DNA of 64,000 nucleotides, taken from NCBI GenBank assembly GCA_977018835.1, contig OZ361260.1, positions 2,666,001 through 2,730,000 of the forward strand. The letters run 5' to 3'. This document shows, piece by piece, positions 53,541-64,000 of the stretch (the stretch's first letter is position 1; each line of letters starts with the position of its first letter). This DNA comes from Minutocellus sp. GHC0000111 (taxonomy: Eukaryota). The notes beneath the pieces are model-generated. The model was given only the letters and a program-made list of their open reading frames with translations, did no database searches and had not been told where the DNA came from. Both the position numbers and the translations under genes were made by a program.

Positions 53541-56500
53541 ATGGAGACCACCACGAACAATACCACCAGCAACGACGGCAGCGGGATCGAAACCGATCAG
53601 ATGGAGGGATTCTCCGTAAATCCCGACAGCGGCATTGCCAGTTCTTCCGGACACGAGTATTCGGCAAGTTCTCGCGGTGACACTACAAGTGCAAGTGCAT
53701 CTGGTCATACTTCTTCTACTGCAGCCGAAGAAGATCCCGAAAGACAGCTTCACTTTGGACCAGCTAATCCACTGGGTCCCATCTCCTCTGCGCCTTCCGA
53801 TGGTCGAACTACCAAATCGACAACTACCGAAGAAGACGGACGAGGCAATGCCATCCACACCTCTATCTACACGACGGTATGCACCAACGGTCAAGCTTAC
53901 CGAACCACCCGTGTCACCAACGTCCATCGACTCCTCAGTGCCACGTACGAAATGAGCGTGCCGCTGGGCACCACCCATCGCATCATCCGCACCTATCACA
54001 GAGGCACCAACAACCATTCTCAGCCCTACTACGATCAAACGACCGAAATTGTCACCCCAGGTGGCAGTACCACCATCCGGCACCAGAAGTTTGACATGGA
54101 CGACAAACCGATGAATGCGGAGCGCATCCAGGAATTGCCACCGATGGAAATTACCCCCAAGCCCGGTTGGACCGCCGCGGCTACCATGAGTCCGATGGCG
54201 GGTGCTGCTGGCAGAGTCTCCGCATACTTTGGATTGGGTGGAAGTGGAGGTGGCAGTGGAGGCAATGCCAACAACGAAGAAGACATTACGATCATCTCGG
54301 AATTGTCCAACCCCAGAATATCCCGACCGATCGACGTCGATGAGCAGCACACCTTGGCGGGCATGACCACCCGGTACGACGATCCCACGGTAGATCCGAC
54401 CGTGATTGATTACAACGCCGGTTATTCCGAAGAGATGGCACGGAAGCACAACACCCTGCCGCAGCAGATGGCCGTGGGGGATATGGTCGGCGGAATAGGC
54501 TACGATGCCGAACGGGCGTTGCCACCGCAACCTCCGCCAGGTGTTGAAGGGGCTTCGTCACCAGCCTCCTCGAATCGGTCGGGAAAGAAATCGTTTGGAA
54601 CACGTGGTAGCAATCAGAGTGGCGGTGGATCGAAGGCAAATGGTGCAGGTATCAGTGGAAATGGAAATGCAAATGCAAATGGCAATGCCAACTGGTCCAT
54701 GGCGTCAGAGAACGACTACAGTCGGTCAACTAAGGGCGGAGCAAGTGCAACTCCCAACAAGAGGAGGCAACCAATGTCAACTCAAACCAAGATGATTATA
54801 TTCGGGACGGGCGTGCTGATAGTGGCGATTGCTGTCGGTGCAGCTGTGGGGGCTGTGACGGCAAAAAGTGGAGGGGGTAAGACCAGCGGAGGAAGTGGCG
54901 GGGATAGCGGCGACGACAGTGTTGACGATCCAACTCCTGCGCCGGGTCCTGGCAGCCCTCCAACGCAGCCTTCCGCTCCTCTCAACACTGATGAAATATT
55001 GGCAAAATCTGGTTTTGATCGACATTGGGACAGCGAGGAAGGGTGGCCGGTCGCCCCGTCCTACGCATCCTTTGTGCCCAACGACAAAATTGACATTGGG
55101 GAGGCTTCTTATTATGATGCATTTTATCTGCCTGACTTGGCCACGTGCGCCGATCGGTGTGATAAGACCGACTCCGCCGGTGGAGCCTACTTTGATTTGT
55201 CCGACGAAGACAAGCGCAATGTGTGCTTGTGCTTCAAGGATACTCAGTGCTACGATACCAAGCTTGCATTTAGTGGTGGAACTGTGTTCGTTCGAGAAGA
55301 AAATTTTGTTTCCGAGTCTGACGAATGTCAAATGAGTACCTGCGGATACTTCCCAGATGATCCCATATGCGATGGCTTGAATATTATTGACTTGGAATCC
55401 GAATTGGATGTCGAGCTGCGAAAGGTTGAGAGACTAATGCAGGATGATGACATCCGTGCCTTTCAGCAGGCATGTGCGGACTTCTTGAACGATCAATTTA
55501 GTCAAACTGATTCACCGGTGGAGGGCGTTCGATGCCACCTTCTCACTCAGGACTTGGCGGGTGGAAGGCGGAGGAGACTCGCATCATCAGTAACTCGAGT
55601 TATGCAAGAGAACGATACGCTGGTTTTGGAAATGCGAGTTACAGGTCTTTTTGTTCCCACCAATAAATATGCCGATGCCGATTCTGTGGCGTTTGATGCA
55701 TCGATCCTCGATTTCTTCAGTCAACAAGGAAGTAAGTTTCTGCAAAGTTTGAGGAATGATGAAGATGCATTCGAGTATTACGAGAACGTTCGAGGAATCA
55801 GCATCAAGACCTCTGGGTTCCCATCTGAGCCAGTGCCAGAGCCAACTCCGACAAGTCCTACCGATGCTCCATCGCCATCTCCTACACGCATGCCCGTGAC
55901 ATGGCCAACAACGGATGCGCCGAGCCGAAGCCCTACAAAACGCCCAACAAAGGAACCGAGCCTAGCGCCTACCAAGAGTCCCAATGCAAGACCGACGCCC
56001 GCACCAACAACTCCTGCGCCAACTCCACTGCCGACTTTACCACCGGTGCCTTCAGCGGGAAATCCTTCACGATACTGCCTAGGACAAAACTGTTGGCAGC
56101 AGATTGGTTCGACAATGACAAGTAAATTTCTCGGTGATCAATTCGGAGACGAAGTCAAGCTTGACTTGTCTGGAGGGCGGTTCTCTGTAAGTGCCTCACT
56201 CTCAAGCCAATCGGGCTATTTTGAGTCCGGAACGGTCAAAGTCTTCGACGAAGAGGACGGCCAATTCATTGCAGTTGGCCAAGAACTTTATGGATTCGAG
56301 GCCGGGGATCGTATTCGAGGAGTTCTTTCAGGCAACGGGCGCCGACTTGCCGTTTATACCCACAAAAGAGACAACGATACCGGTCGAGTGTGGATCTACG
56401 AGCTACAGAACGGAGAGTGGGTAGAGATCTGGAAAATCCTTGGCGAAAGCGAAGGAGAGCGATTCGGCTCGTCTGTTGCCCTCAACACCGACGGTAGCAT

Positions 56501-57266
56501 CGTTGCTATCGGCGTTCCTTTTGCATATGATAAACAGGGAGCTGTTAGGGTATACGCAGAAAGAAATGGTAACTGGCGGCAGCTTGGGTCTGAAATTGTC
56601 GGTCAGTTTCGAGATGGAAAGCTTGGATGGGACGTGGCTTTTGCGTCGAATGCATTGATGCTTGTGGCTGGCCAAAAAAGTGACGACTATATTAGCGTTT
56701 CAGGCAGGAGTGGACAGATTCGGGTATTCCAATACAGTGGATCTAACGTCAACGCAAATGGATCGTTTGAGCAATTTGGTCAAGCCATCTTGGGCGACAA
56801 CGCTGGTGATGATTTCGGTCGGACTGTTGCTATCAGCGCTACGGGAACCATCGTTGCAGCTGGTGCCCGATATCACGACGGTGCTGGACGAGTTGATAGC
56901 GGGCAAGTCAAGGCTCGTTCCTATTTTGGTGGCGGTCTTTGGTTTGAGATCAAGGGCAGCGAGATCATAGGCGATAATGCCAACGACCAGCTCATGAATC
57001 TAGCCATGAATGCGAACGGAGACCGCATAGCCGCTGGAGCTGGCCAGGGAGATGGTGGAATTGGATATATTAGAGTGTATGATAACGCTTCTGGTAATGG
57101 TTGGGAGCAAATAGGTGGAAAGCTGACTGGTTTGAACGACAATGAGAACTTTGGAAGTGACATCTCCATGTCTGCCGACGGAAAGCGTCTTCTTGTCGGC
57201 AGCCCGGCAAGAGACAACAGTTCTATCCTGGCGAGGGTTCGGTTGTTTGAACTGATCAGTAGCTAA
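53541..57266 (+). CDS. Type II single-pass membrane protein with Cys-rich domain, Pro/Thr stalk and FG-GAP-like beta-propeller
   Basis: TM IIFGTGVLIVAIAVGAAVGAV; PT-rich repeats; repeated WxQxG..I.G....D.FG.SV.(L/I)S..G...AVG motifs; RRRRL site. Confidence 0.85.
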   Translation: METTTNNTTSNDGSGIETDQMEGFSVNPDSGIASSSGHEYSASSRGDTTSASASGHTSSTAAEEDPERQLHFGPANPLGPISSAPSDGRTTKSTTTEEDGRGNAIHTSIYTTVCTNGQAYRTTRVTNVHRLLSATYEMSVPLGTTHRIIRTYHRGTNNHSQPYYDQTTEIVTPGGSTTIRHQKFDMDDKPMNAERIQELPPMEITPKPGWTAAATMSPMAGAAGRVSAYFGLGGSGGGSGGNANNEEDITIISELSNPRISRPIDVDEQHTLAGMTTRYDDPTVDPTVIDYNAGYSEEMARKHNTLPQQMAVGDMVGGIGYDAERALPPQPPPGVEGASSPASSNRSGKKSFGTRGSNQSGGGSKANGAGISGNGNANANGNANWSMASENDYSRSTKGGASATPNKRRQPMSTQTKMIIFGTGVLIVAIAVGAAVGAVTAKSGGGKTSGGSGGDSGDDSVDDPTPAPGPGSPPTQPSAPLNTDEILAKSGFDRHWDSEEGWPVAPSYASFVPNDKIDIGEASYYDAFYLPDLATCADRCDKTDSAGGAYFDLSDEDKRNVCLCFKDTQCYDTKLAFSGGTVFVREENFVSESDECQMSTCGYFPDDPICDGLNIIDLESELDVELRKVERLMQDDDIRAFQQACADFLNDQFSQTDSPVEGVRCHLLTQDLAGGRRRRLASSVTRVMQENDTLVLEMRVTGLFVPTNKYADADSVAFDASILDFFSQQGSKFLQSLRNDEDAFEYYENVRGISIKTSGFPSEPVPEPTPTSPTDAPSPSPTRMPVTWPTTDAPSRSPTKRPTKEPSLAPTKSPNARPTPAPTTPAPTPLPTLPPVPSAGNPSRYCLGQNCWQQIGSTMTSKFLGDQFGDEVKLDLSGGRFSVSASLSSQSGYFESGTVKVFDEEDGQFIAVGQELYGFEAGDRIRGVLSGNGRRLAVYTHKRDNDTGRVWIYELQNGEWVEIWKILGESEGERFGSSVALNTDGSIVAIGVPFAYDKQGAVRVYAERNGNWRQLGSEIVGQFRDGKLGWDVAFASNALMLVAGQKSDDYISVSGRSGQIRVFQYSGSNVNANGSFEQFGQAILGDNAGDDFGRTVAISATGTIVAAGARYHDGAGRVDSGQVKARSYFGGGLWFEIKGSEIIGDNANDQLMNLAMNANGDRIAAGAGQGDGGIGYIRVYDNASGNGWEQIGGKLTGLNDNENFGSDISMSADGKRLLVGSPARDNSSILARVRLFELISS

Positions 57267-57545
57267 GGTAGATGTAAGAACATCCATTTCTAGAAATACT
57301 CATCTTATAACCTCGGATTTTTATCAGTGTGGCCGAAAGCCTCAGCAAAATCAATTTGCAAACCTCCATGGTTTTCGGAGGGCATGAGGTACGATCGTAT
57401 GTAATTTGTCTCAAAACGACCAAATAAATTCCACAAGACTTTCGGTGTCGTTCCGAAAGGAAAAGGAACCGAATCACAGCCTGCGGAATGTAACAGCTAA
57501 TATATATCTGAAGCTATCGTAATGCTTCTTCAGCACTGACCATGC

Positions 57546-58493
57546 TTACTCCATCAGATCGATATATTCTGCCAAATACTTAATGCTCCAACCACCCCTC
57601 TCTTCGATGGGTTTCACCACACATTCCCCCAAGATACGCCGTGCACGGTCCAACGGCGTTTTGTCCTCCTCCTCGGTCATTTCTTCAATATCAAAATTTG
57701 GATCTGCTCCACATCGGAGCAATATGCGAAGGACATCTATCGCCCTTTTGCATATCTTTGCATGTTGGTCTTCCTCAGTGTTGTTGTTATCATTCCGTAA
57801 AGCGTTTAGAACTTCCAGCAGAGGATTTTCGCCTCCTGGATGTATAGTAAAGTTCGGCTTATCGGCAGTGGGATGCCAAAAGAAGGTGTCAACAGACTCA
57901 AGCGTTGTTACATCCGAGTTTAGAACGTCCGCAAGAATGCCGGCGCCATAGTTATAGTGCAACTCTTCCATGAAGTAGAAGCTAGATGCATCCATTACAC
58001 ACTCCAACAAATCTTTGCGATCCGCCACGAGAGAAAGGTGCGTGAGGGAAAAACAATCTATACGCGGGTTGTTTGTAAGTAGTCCGGACCATTTATCTCT
58101 AACAACATGTATTTGAAAAACTTCAATTTGAACCTTGAGCACTTCCAGTAGACCCAATTCTACGGCGACGGCGGGATTATTGAACACCATGTGGGTGCCA
58201 CAACTTTCAATGTCGAAAGACTTCGGGGCAGCCCAGCCAGTATTTCTTTCGACGGCCTCTTTTGAGCACCGACAGCGCCAATCGGTGTTGACTGCCATCC
58301 ACGCTTTGATCTTGGCACCACACTTTTTGAATGCAGCACGATGTTTTGCATACTCTTCCACGCTACCGCTGCCCACGAGGCCTGGAATGGCTGCAAGTCG
58401 TCGTAGAGAATTGGTTATGTAGGCATCGTTGTTGCGCAGATAGTCAGCGCGGATGCTGTCTTCAGCAATGGCTTCAGTTCTCGCGGAAGGCAT
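57546..58493 (-). CDS. Ankyrin-repeat-like protein
   Basis: GENPLL, VLRILLRCGADPN, KTPLDRA. Confidence 0.7.
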   Translation of the reverse strand: MPSARTEAIAEDSIRADYLRNNDAYITNSLRRLAAIPGLVGSGSVEEYAKHRAAFKKCGAKIKAWMAVNTDWRCRCSKEAVERNTGWAAPKSFDIESCGTHMVFNNPAVAVELGLLEVLKVQIEVFQIHVVRDKWSGLLTNNPRIDCFSLTHLSLVADRKDLLECVMDASSFYFMEELHYNYGAGILADVLNSDVTTLESVDTFFWHPTADKPNFTIHPGGENPLLEVLNALRNDNNNTEEDQHAKICKRAIDVLRILLRCGADPNFDIEEMTEEEDKTPLDRARRILGECVVKPIEERGGWSIKYLAEYIDLME

Positions 58494-58704
58494 GGTTAGG
58501 ATATTTATCTACTACGTCGCGTTCAGTTGGTCACCGCAGCACACCGCACAGCGACCAGGCGATCCATCGCTACAAGGACTGACTGCTGATTTGCACCGGA
58601 AACTGGCAGAAGGCAGGAACTCATCATCGGCTTGCTGCTTGGCTGGAGGTGGTGACGCGGCGCGGGGCGGGCGGCGGGCGGACGATAGGACGAAGGACGG
58701 ACCA

Positions 58705-58724
58705 AACCCTAACCCTAACCCTAA
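58705..58724. repeat. Interstitial telomere-like repeat AA(CCCTAA)3
   Basis: AACCCTAACCCTAACCCTAA in a divergent intergenic region. Confidence 0.9.
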
Positions 58725-59222
58725 ACGGCTTTCAGAACAACAGAGAAACACCACGCAAAAACCAAGAAATGCCACGCAAGACCAATCCCGGCAAAATCGA
58801 AAGTCAATCCTCCTCAAAATCGCTTCTTTATGACGTTTTTATGTTCTGAATGATGCAGCAATCCCGACCATTTTTTCTCGGACACAGAAACCAAGACAGG
58901 CGAAGACAGGCCTAAGTCAATGTGCTGCCGCCTGCTTGGGGTGACCAAGACCCTCTGCGTGGGTTGCTTCGTCAGTTGTGTATTGAATGATTGCAGCGAA
59001 GGGCTACTCTTTCCAAGTACATTGAGTGTTAGCATCTCTTTCGAGCTAGTTTGGAAACACCTGTATCTTATTTTTCCCAGCATATCGTGTGTTCGAAACC
59101 GAAGACGAAGTTCCGGTGTAATTGAAATAATCCAAAATCAGCACATCCCGCGAAGAGTCAGAGACAGACACTGACATTCATCGACACAGCACGACAAGGC
59201 AAATCAGTTATCAAACACAAGT

Positions 59223-60712
59223 ATGCTGGTATCTCGTGCTCCCATGCCTCGCGACACTTCGGAAGAATCTGGCGCATACGGCAATGACATGAGGATGTCT
59301 TCCATGGCATCTTCGGCGAAACATCCGGGACGAGAGCATCGTGCCCGACGCCGGGCCAACAGCGAGGACAATAATGCCATGTTTATCGGCCTAAATTCCT
59401 CCAACAAAACGGCAAGCACAATGTCAACTTCGTCGTACCGCTCGACGAGAACTTCTCGCTCGGCGTCGGCCGCCTACGAGTCAGCTGCTGCCAGCATTCA
59501 CAAGAATCGGTCGTCGAGATATCGATCTCAAATGTCCGGAGGTCGAAGCATCGGGAGCAGGAATAACAGCCACGACAGCGATGATGAAAAGAGCCACAAG
59601 TCAAACAACGATGCAAGTCTATCTTCCTACTTGCAGCAGCAGAAGCAGAAGCGTCAAGAAAAGGCATCTTCTGCCAATACCAACCAAGCAGCTACCGTCG
59701 CAAGCAAATCGTCCGCCGCCAGCGTCAAATCGGCCCGTCAGGCCAAGGCACACAAGCTCGCCCCATATCTGTTCGATCTGCTCGATGCCGACGATTCGGG
59801 ATGTCTGTCCCGCGACGAGTTCGTGAGCGGCGTGGCCCGAATGATCACTGACCAGCACGTCAACGTCACCTCCAAGTACCTTCAGCTTATTGGGTCCATC
59901 ATGACGCGGTCGGACGTGGACAATTCCGGTGCCCTCGATCGCAAGGAGTTTGGATTTTTCCTCTACCATCTTTCCAAGTCGCTCAACATGCCGTTGGATC
60001 AGCTGGCCGAAAGTCTGATGGAGGCCAATCACCTCCCGAGTAAACCCGAAGATTCCATTCAGGGCAAGGATCATCGTGCCAGCACACGAAACCTTGACAT
60101 TGAACACCAGGGCGAAGACATGTGGGAGAAGGAACTCCCGGCCTTGTTTGCCAAGTACGACGAATCCGGCGACGGCGTCATCAGCCGTCACGAGCTCAGC
60201 GTAGCCATGCGCAAGGTCGTGAGCGAGTATGCCAGCTGGGATACCGATGCCTCGCTCGATACAACATGGAACAACTCTTTCAGAGGTGGGATTCCGATGG
60301 CGATGGGCACATCGATCGACGGGAGCTGGGCATCGGCATGTCCTTCTTCCGTCACAAGTGCGCTCTACCGCCCATCGAGTACCTCAAGATTATGAACGAT
60401 GTCGACGACAACCGCGATGGCGTCCTGGACAGGAGAGAATTTTCCGTTTTCCTGTCCAGGTTTGCACTTCGAGCTGGCATTGAACTCGAAGAACTTACTC
60501 AGCATCTCATGGAATGTTCCCCGTCGGCGGAAGAAAGGCGAGCAGGAGGTCGCATTAGTATGAATATGATTTGGGGCTGGGCCAGAGCTCAACTTGCCGA
60601 GGAAGCTTTGGAGACCGTATATCAAGTGGAGGCCACAGATAGTATGCGTGGCAGCAGCAGTGGCGGTAGGAGAAGAATGATGCAGAAGCGTCGATCGTCG
60701 ACAAAATTTTAG
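59223..60712 (+). CDS. Multi EF-hand calcium-binding protein (frameshift near 60263)
   Basis: Loops DADDSGCLSRDE, DVDNSGALDRKE, DESGDGVISRHE, then in the shifted frame DSDGDGHIDRRE and DDNRDGVLDRRE. One added A joins the two frames. Confidence 0.85.
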
Positions 60713-60847
60713 TTCGATACAAACACCGGAATGGTCCATATTTGTGAATAGAATTACCCGGAAATACTCTTTATTATATGATAGATTCCATTTGTTGCTA
60801 TGTGCACATTCTATGTACCTACATACAAGCACTATCAACGATGGCGG

Positions 60848-62061
60848 TTATTTCCCTCCTCTCACTCCCTTCTGCTTCTTCTCCTTGCTCTTTCGCTTCT
60901 TTTCCGGTCGCTTTCCGTCGGGTACTGCTGGTAGTATTATATGATCGTAGTTCTCTCCAACTCTGTTATCAACCTTATCGTCGTCGACAGTATCACTGTT
61001 GGCTGGTCTGGCGCAAACGTCTGTCGTAGTCTCCTTACCATTCAACTGGTAGCACGAAACGTCATCGGCTGTGCAGTTGGCGGAGCATCCCCCGACTTGG
61101 AGCCAGCTTCCGCAGTCAGGATCGTCTAAACATCCAAGGCAATCATTGTATAAAGAAGCACAATTCTTTTCATCAGAAACCGATTCTTTTTTTCCTCGCT
61201 TGCATCATTGGTAGTATCTGGGCACTTATCCGGGTCTGTTTCACCGCATCCCACCCTGGTACATCCCGGCTTGCCGCAGTGCTCCCTTCCTTTGACTCTG
61301 CCGTACCATGCGCAGGTGCCAGTGCCACCTGAGAGAGACGTAGACGTACAACTGGCACAGTCTGTATTTGCCTTGCATATGTTCTGATCTGCCTCGTCGG
61401 TATCAGCGCGAGCACAGACTTCTTGGGCTGATGATGATGTTGTCTGCCCGAAGGCTCTGTTATATTTGTTGTTGTTGTAGCATGGAATATCGGCGATGAT
61501 GCATCGGTTGAAACATCCTTTTCCTTGGTACCAGCTGCCGCAGGCCGAATCGCTCAGGCAACCATTACAGTCGCTGTAGGAGGAGCAATCCACATCATCT
61601 ACACGATTTCCGTTATCTTCTGGAGGAGATGCCGGTGCCGGACATTTGGCGGGATCTGCTTCACCGCATCCCATCATGGTGCATCCAGGCTTGCCGCAGT
61701 ATTCCTTGCCGGCGACTCTGCTGAACCAGGCGCAGTTGCCGTTTCCGTCCGATAGCCGAGTGGCCGTGCAGTTGGCACAGTCCTTTGGGGCCGCGGTACA
61801 GATGGCAGCGTCGGCCCTATCCTTGTCGGCACGGGCGCACACATTGGCTGGCGTATCAAGAGATGTGATGGAGGGACTGGCAAAGTAGCAGGGAATGTCG
61901 GCGATAATGCAGCGATCGTAGCATCCGGCGCCGTCGTACCAGGATCCGCAGTACGGATCTCTCAGGCAGTCCAGGCACGTGGTGTGCTGAGGACATTTCT
62001 GGCCGTGGCATTGGTGCACGGCAATGAGCAGGGCCACAGTCAGAGGTGGAGAGATCTTCAT
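60848..62061 (-). CDS. Secreted Cys-rich protein with PSI-like repeats and basic tail (frameshift at T7, 61187-61193)
   Basis: Signal peptide; three C..CL.D..CGSW repeats, the first two each followed by DC..CT...LS....CAW. Adding one A extends the frame to GVRGGK*. Confidence 0.75.
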
Positions 62062-62902
62062 GGTTGTATTCAAGTCGTACGAAAGTTGAGGGTTCTCGTT
62101 GTGATCTCTTGGAGGATATGCAGGCGCTAGCTAGGGCTTGGTGTGAGAAGTGGCGAATGCCTTGATTGTGAAATGTGAAATAATGTGAAAGTAGCCACGA
62201 AGTTTTGCGATGCTGATGCTGATGCTCTGTGTTGTGTCTTGAGTTCGTGCGGTATATGCATGTAAAATCGATAGTTCTTTCTATGGCAGCCTCGCTCCGA
62301 GCAAGACGATGCAAGATTGGAGTTCCTTTTCGCAAAGTCAGTTTGATTACGAGTTGACGCCTTCTTTGCGCACCACGGGCATGAGCAAGGAACGGATAAC
62401 AAACGAAGGCATCCGCCTCCCGTCCGAGTTTTGGCGAACCCGAGACGGGAAGCACGATTTGAACCAATAAACAGGAGACTGGTAGCGGACGACAAGGCCA
62501 AAGCAAAAACAGGCAGGCGAGGCAAGAAGCGAGGCCCAGCCAGGACAACCACAGATGGAGATAATGTACAGTTGCCATACCTGTATCGAGAAATGCTACA
62601 CTGCATATGAGTTGAGTAAGAGAGAGAGCAGGTAGCCGGCCTCCACTTTATAGGTCTAGCTAGCTACTTGATCGTAGCTGCGTGCCGATGGGTCTGCATG
62701 GGTGCTGACCTGGGCGGTGATGAATTGAAGGAAAATCATTTATGGGCATTTTCAATTCCCGATGCGACATGCGAATGACATTCTCTGTGTGAGGTGTGAA
62801 TTTTCACTGCTGCCAACGCCGCCATCAAATTCGCTTGAACTGCCGTTAGGCTGAGAAAGCACAATTTGTCATCAAATGAATGCACACACGAGCATTGACG
62901 AC

Positions 62903-63315
62903 TGTTGTTCAACAACAACAGTGTGTAGGAGAAGTTGAGAGGAAATTGTGTTCAACGATGGAGACAACCCAAATGCTGGCGACCAACCTTGCTACATTGC
63001 AGTGGCCCAGCATGGGATGCCCAGAAACCAAAGGTGAGCAACTAGTGAAGTCACTGCAATCGTGAGAGTTCCATCACAGTGGATGTTGCCACTGTCTTGG
63101 AATGAGTGTCATCACGGTGACATCACAGAAACCCCCTCATCATGTGCCAAAACACCAACCATTTGCTAACCCAAAACAGTTCCCAACACCTACACCCAAA
63201 CTACCACCCATGAGCATGCAACAGGTAGTGCCGATTCCCATGGTGACAATGATGTGCAAGAACAAGTGCTGCAAAGCTACGTTCTGCCCTCTAGCCCTCT
63301 CCTTTGCAAAGACAC
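62903..63315 (+). pseudogene. Inverted C-terminal fragment of a PIF1-like (Helitron) helicase with intron
   Basis: EIVFNDGDNPNAGDQPCYIAV ... GPAWDAQKPK | GT-AG intron 63034-63224 | VVPIPMV..CKNKCCKATFCPLALSFAKT (start of motif V). Confidence 0.7.
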
Positions 63316-64000
63316 TTCCCACTCTCATTCGACGGAGAATGTCGATGTGAGCTTTTTCTGGTCGTTTTTTTGCCTCTTGATGGTCCTTAGTGCCATGCAT
63401 GTTTCTGACAAGTCTAAGAACAGTTGTGCACCAGTGGCAGCAACCCCGGTCTTCTGCTGTGACAGGGAGGGTTTTCCACCTAGGACATCAAAGGCCCCAT
63501 TTTGCGTGTTTGTTGGTGGCGGCAGTTGGTAGTCATCTCCTATCAAAATGAAGATTGGCACTCCGCCGAACACCTCTCCTTCATGCCCCCCTCCATGTGC
63601 TGTAGTTGCAAGATTTCTTTCTGATGCACCAAGGTTGTCTGCTGTGCACATGCTCCTCTCGTCGTCAAGGATGTACAAGAGAGCCACTTTGTTGTCTGTC
63701 TTCTTCATGGTTTCCTTCTGCTTCTCTGATGGTTCTGATGAGGGAGAGTGTGGGCTAATTGCAAACTTACGGTGCATTGTTTGACCTCCAACTGACCAGG
63801 CTGCTGCTCCTGTTGGTCCCACCACATGTGCAACATTTTTACAGCCAAATATCTCTCTCACTGTGTTGACCAGGCACTTTACAAAGAAGCTTTTCCCCCA
63901 GACCCGGCACACCCCTGCACTGTCAGGTAGAGTGTGGCTTGAATGTCCGTGCCTTGTTTGGGTCAGCTGATGTTGCACACTCCACCCATTCTTTGACTTT
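63316..64000 (-). mobile_element. Degraded PIF1-like helicase (Helitron-type), motifs I-IV; runs off window
   Basis: GKSF, GPTGAAA..VGGQTMH, D(D)ERSM, FGGVP...IGDDYQLPP, KRQ, DILRRMRVG. Confidence 0.8.

Overview
Gene-dense eukaryotic DNA, most likely a diatom or related stramenopile. This rests on short GT-AG introns, diatom-type HA-domain and Cys-rich families, an RXL-type motif and TTAGGG repeats. Host genes: an RRM-like protein (partial), a PhoX-like phosphatase with Cys-rich N-terminal repeats, a tandem array of five HA (helicase-associated) domain genes, SWEET, stomatin-like 2, a LAMMER/CLK kinase, an RNase K-like membrane protein, a TAZ zinc-finger protein, Notchless, ERD2, a sulfotransferase, a CBS protein, an MFS transporter, a bZIP factor, a TPR protein, an FG-GAP membrane protein, and ankyrin, EF-hand and PSI-like proteins. 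Mobile and rearranged DNA is abundant. (1) A 4,230-bp Kolobok-like DNA transposon with 17-bp TIRs and a TTAA duplication splits the MFS gene; its KolX-like accessory ORF appears fused to an RPA70N-like OB fold. (2) A 3 x 3,025-bp tandem amplification of the ERD2 5' region has junctions that create the telomere hexamer TTAGGG. (3) There is a decayed RAG1/Transib/Chapaev-like transposase. (4) There is a scrambled, partly inverted PIF1/Helitron helicase relic. (5) A ~400-bp two-unit repeat is headed by twin hairpins with compensatory stem changes. Several frameshifts are single missing bases in homopolymers and are probably long-read assembly errors. All family calls come from motif recognition by eye; no searches were run.
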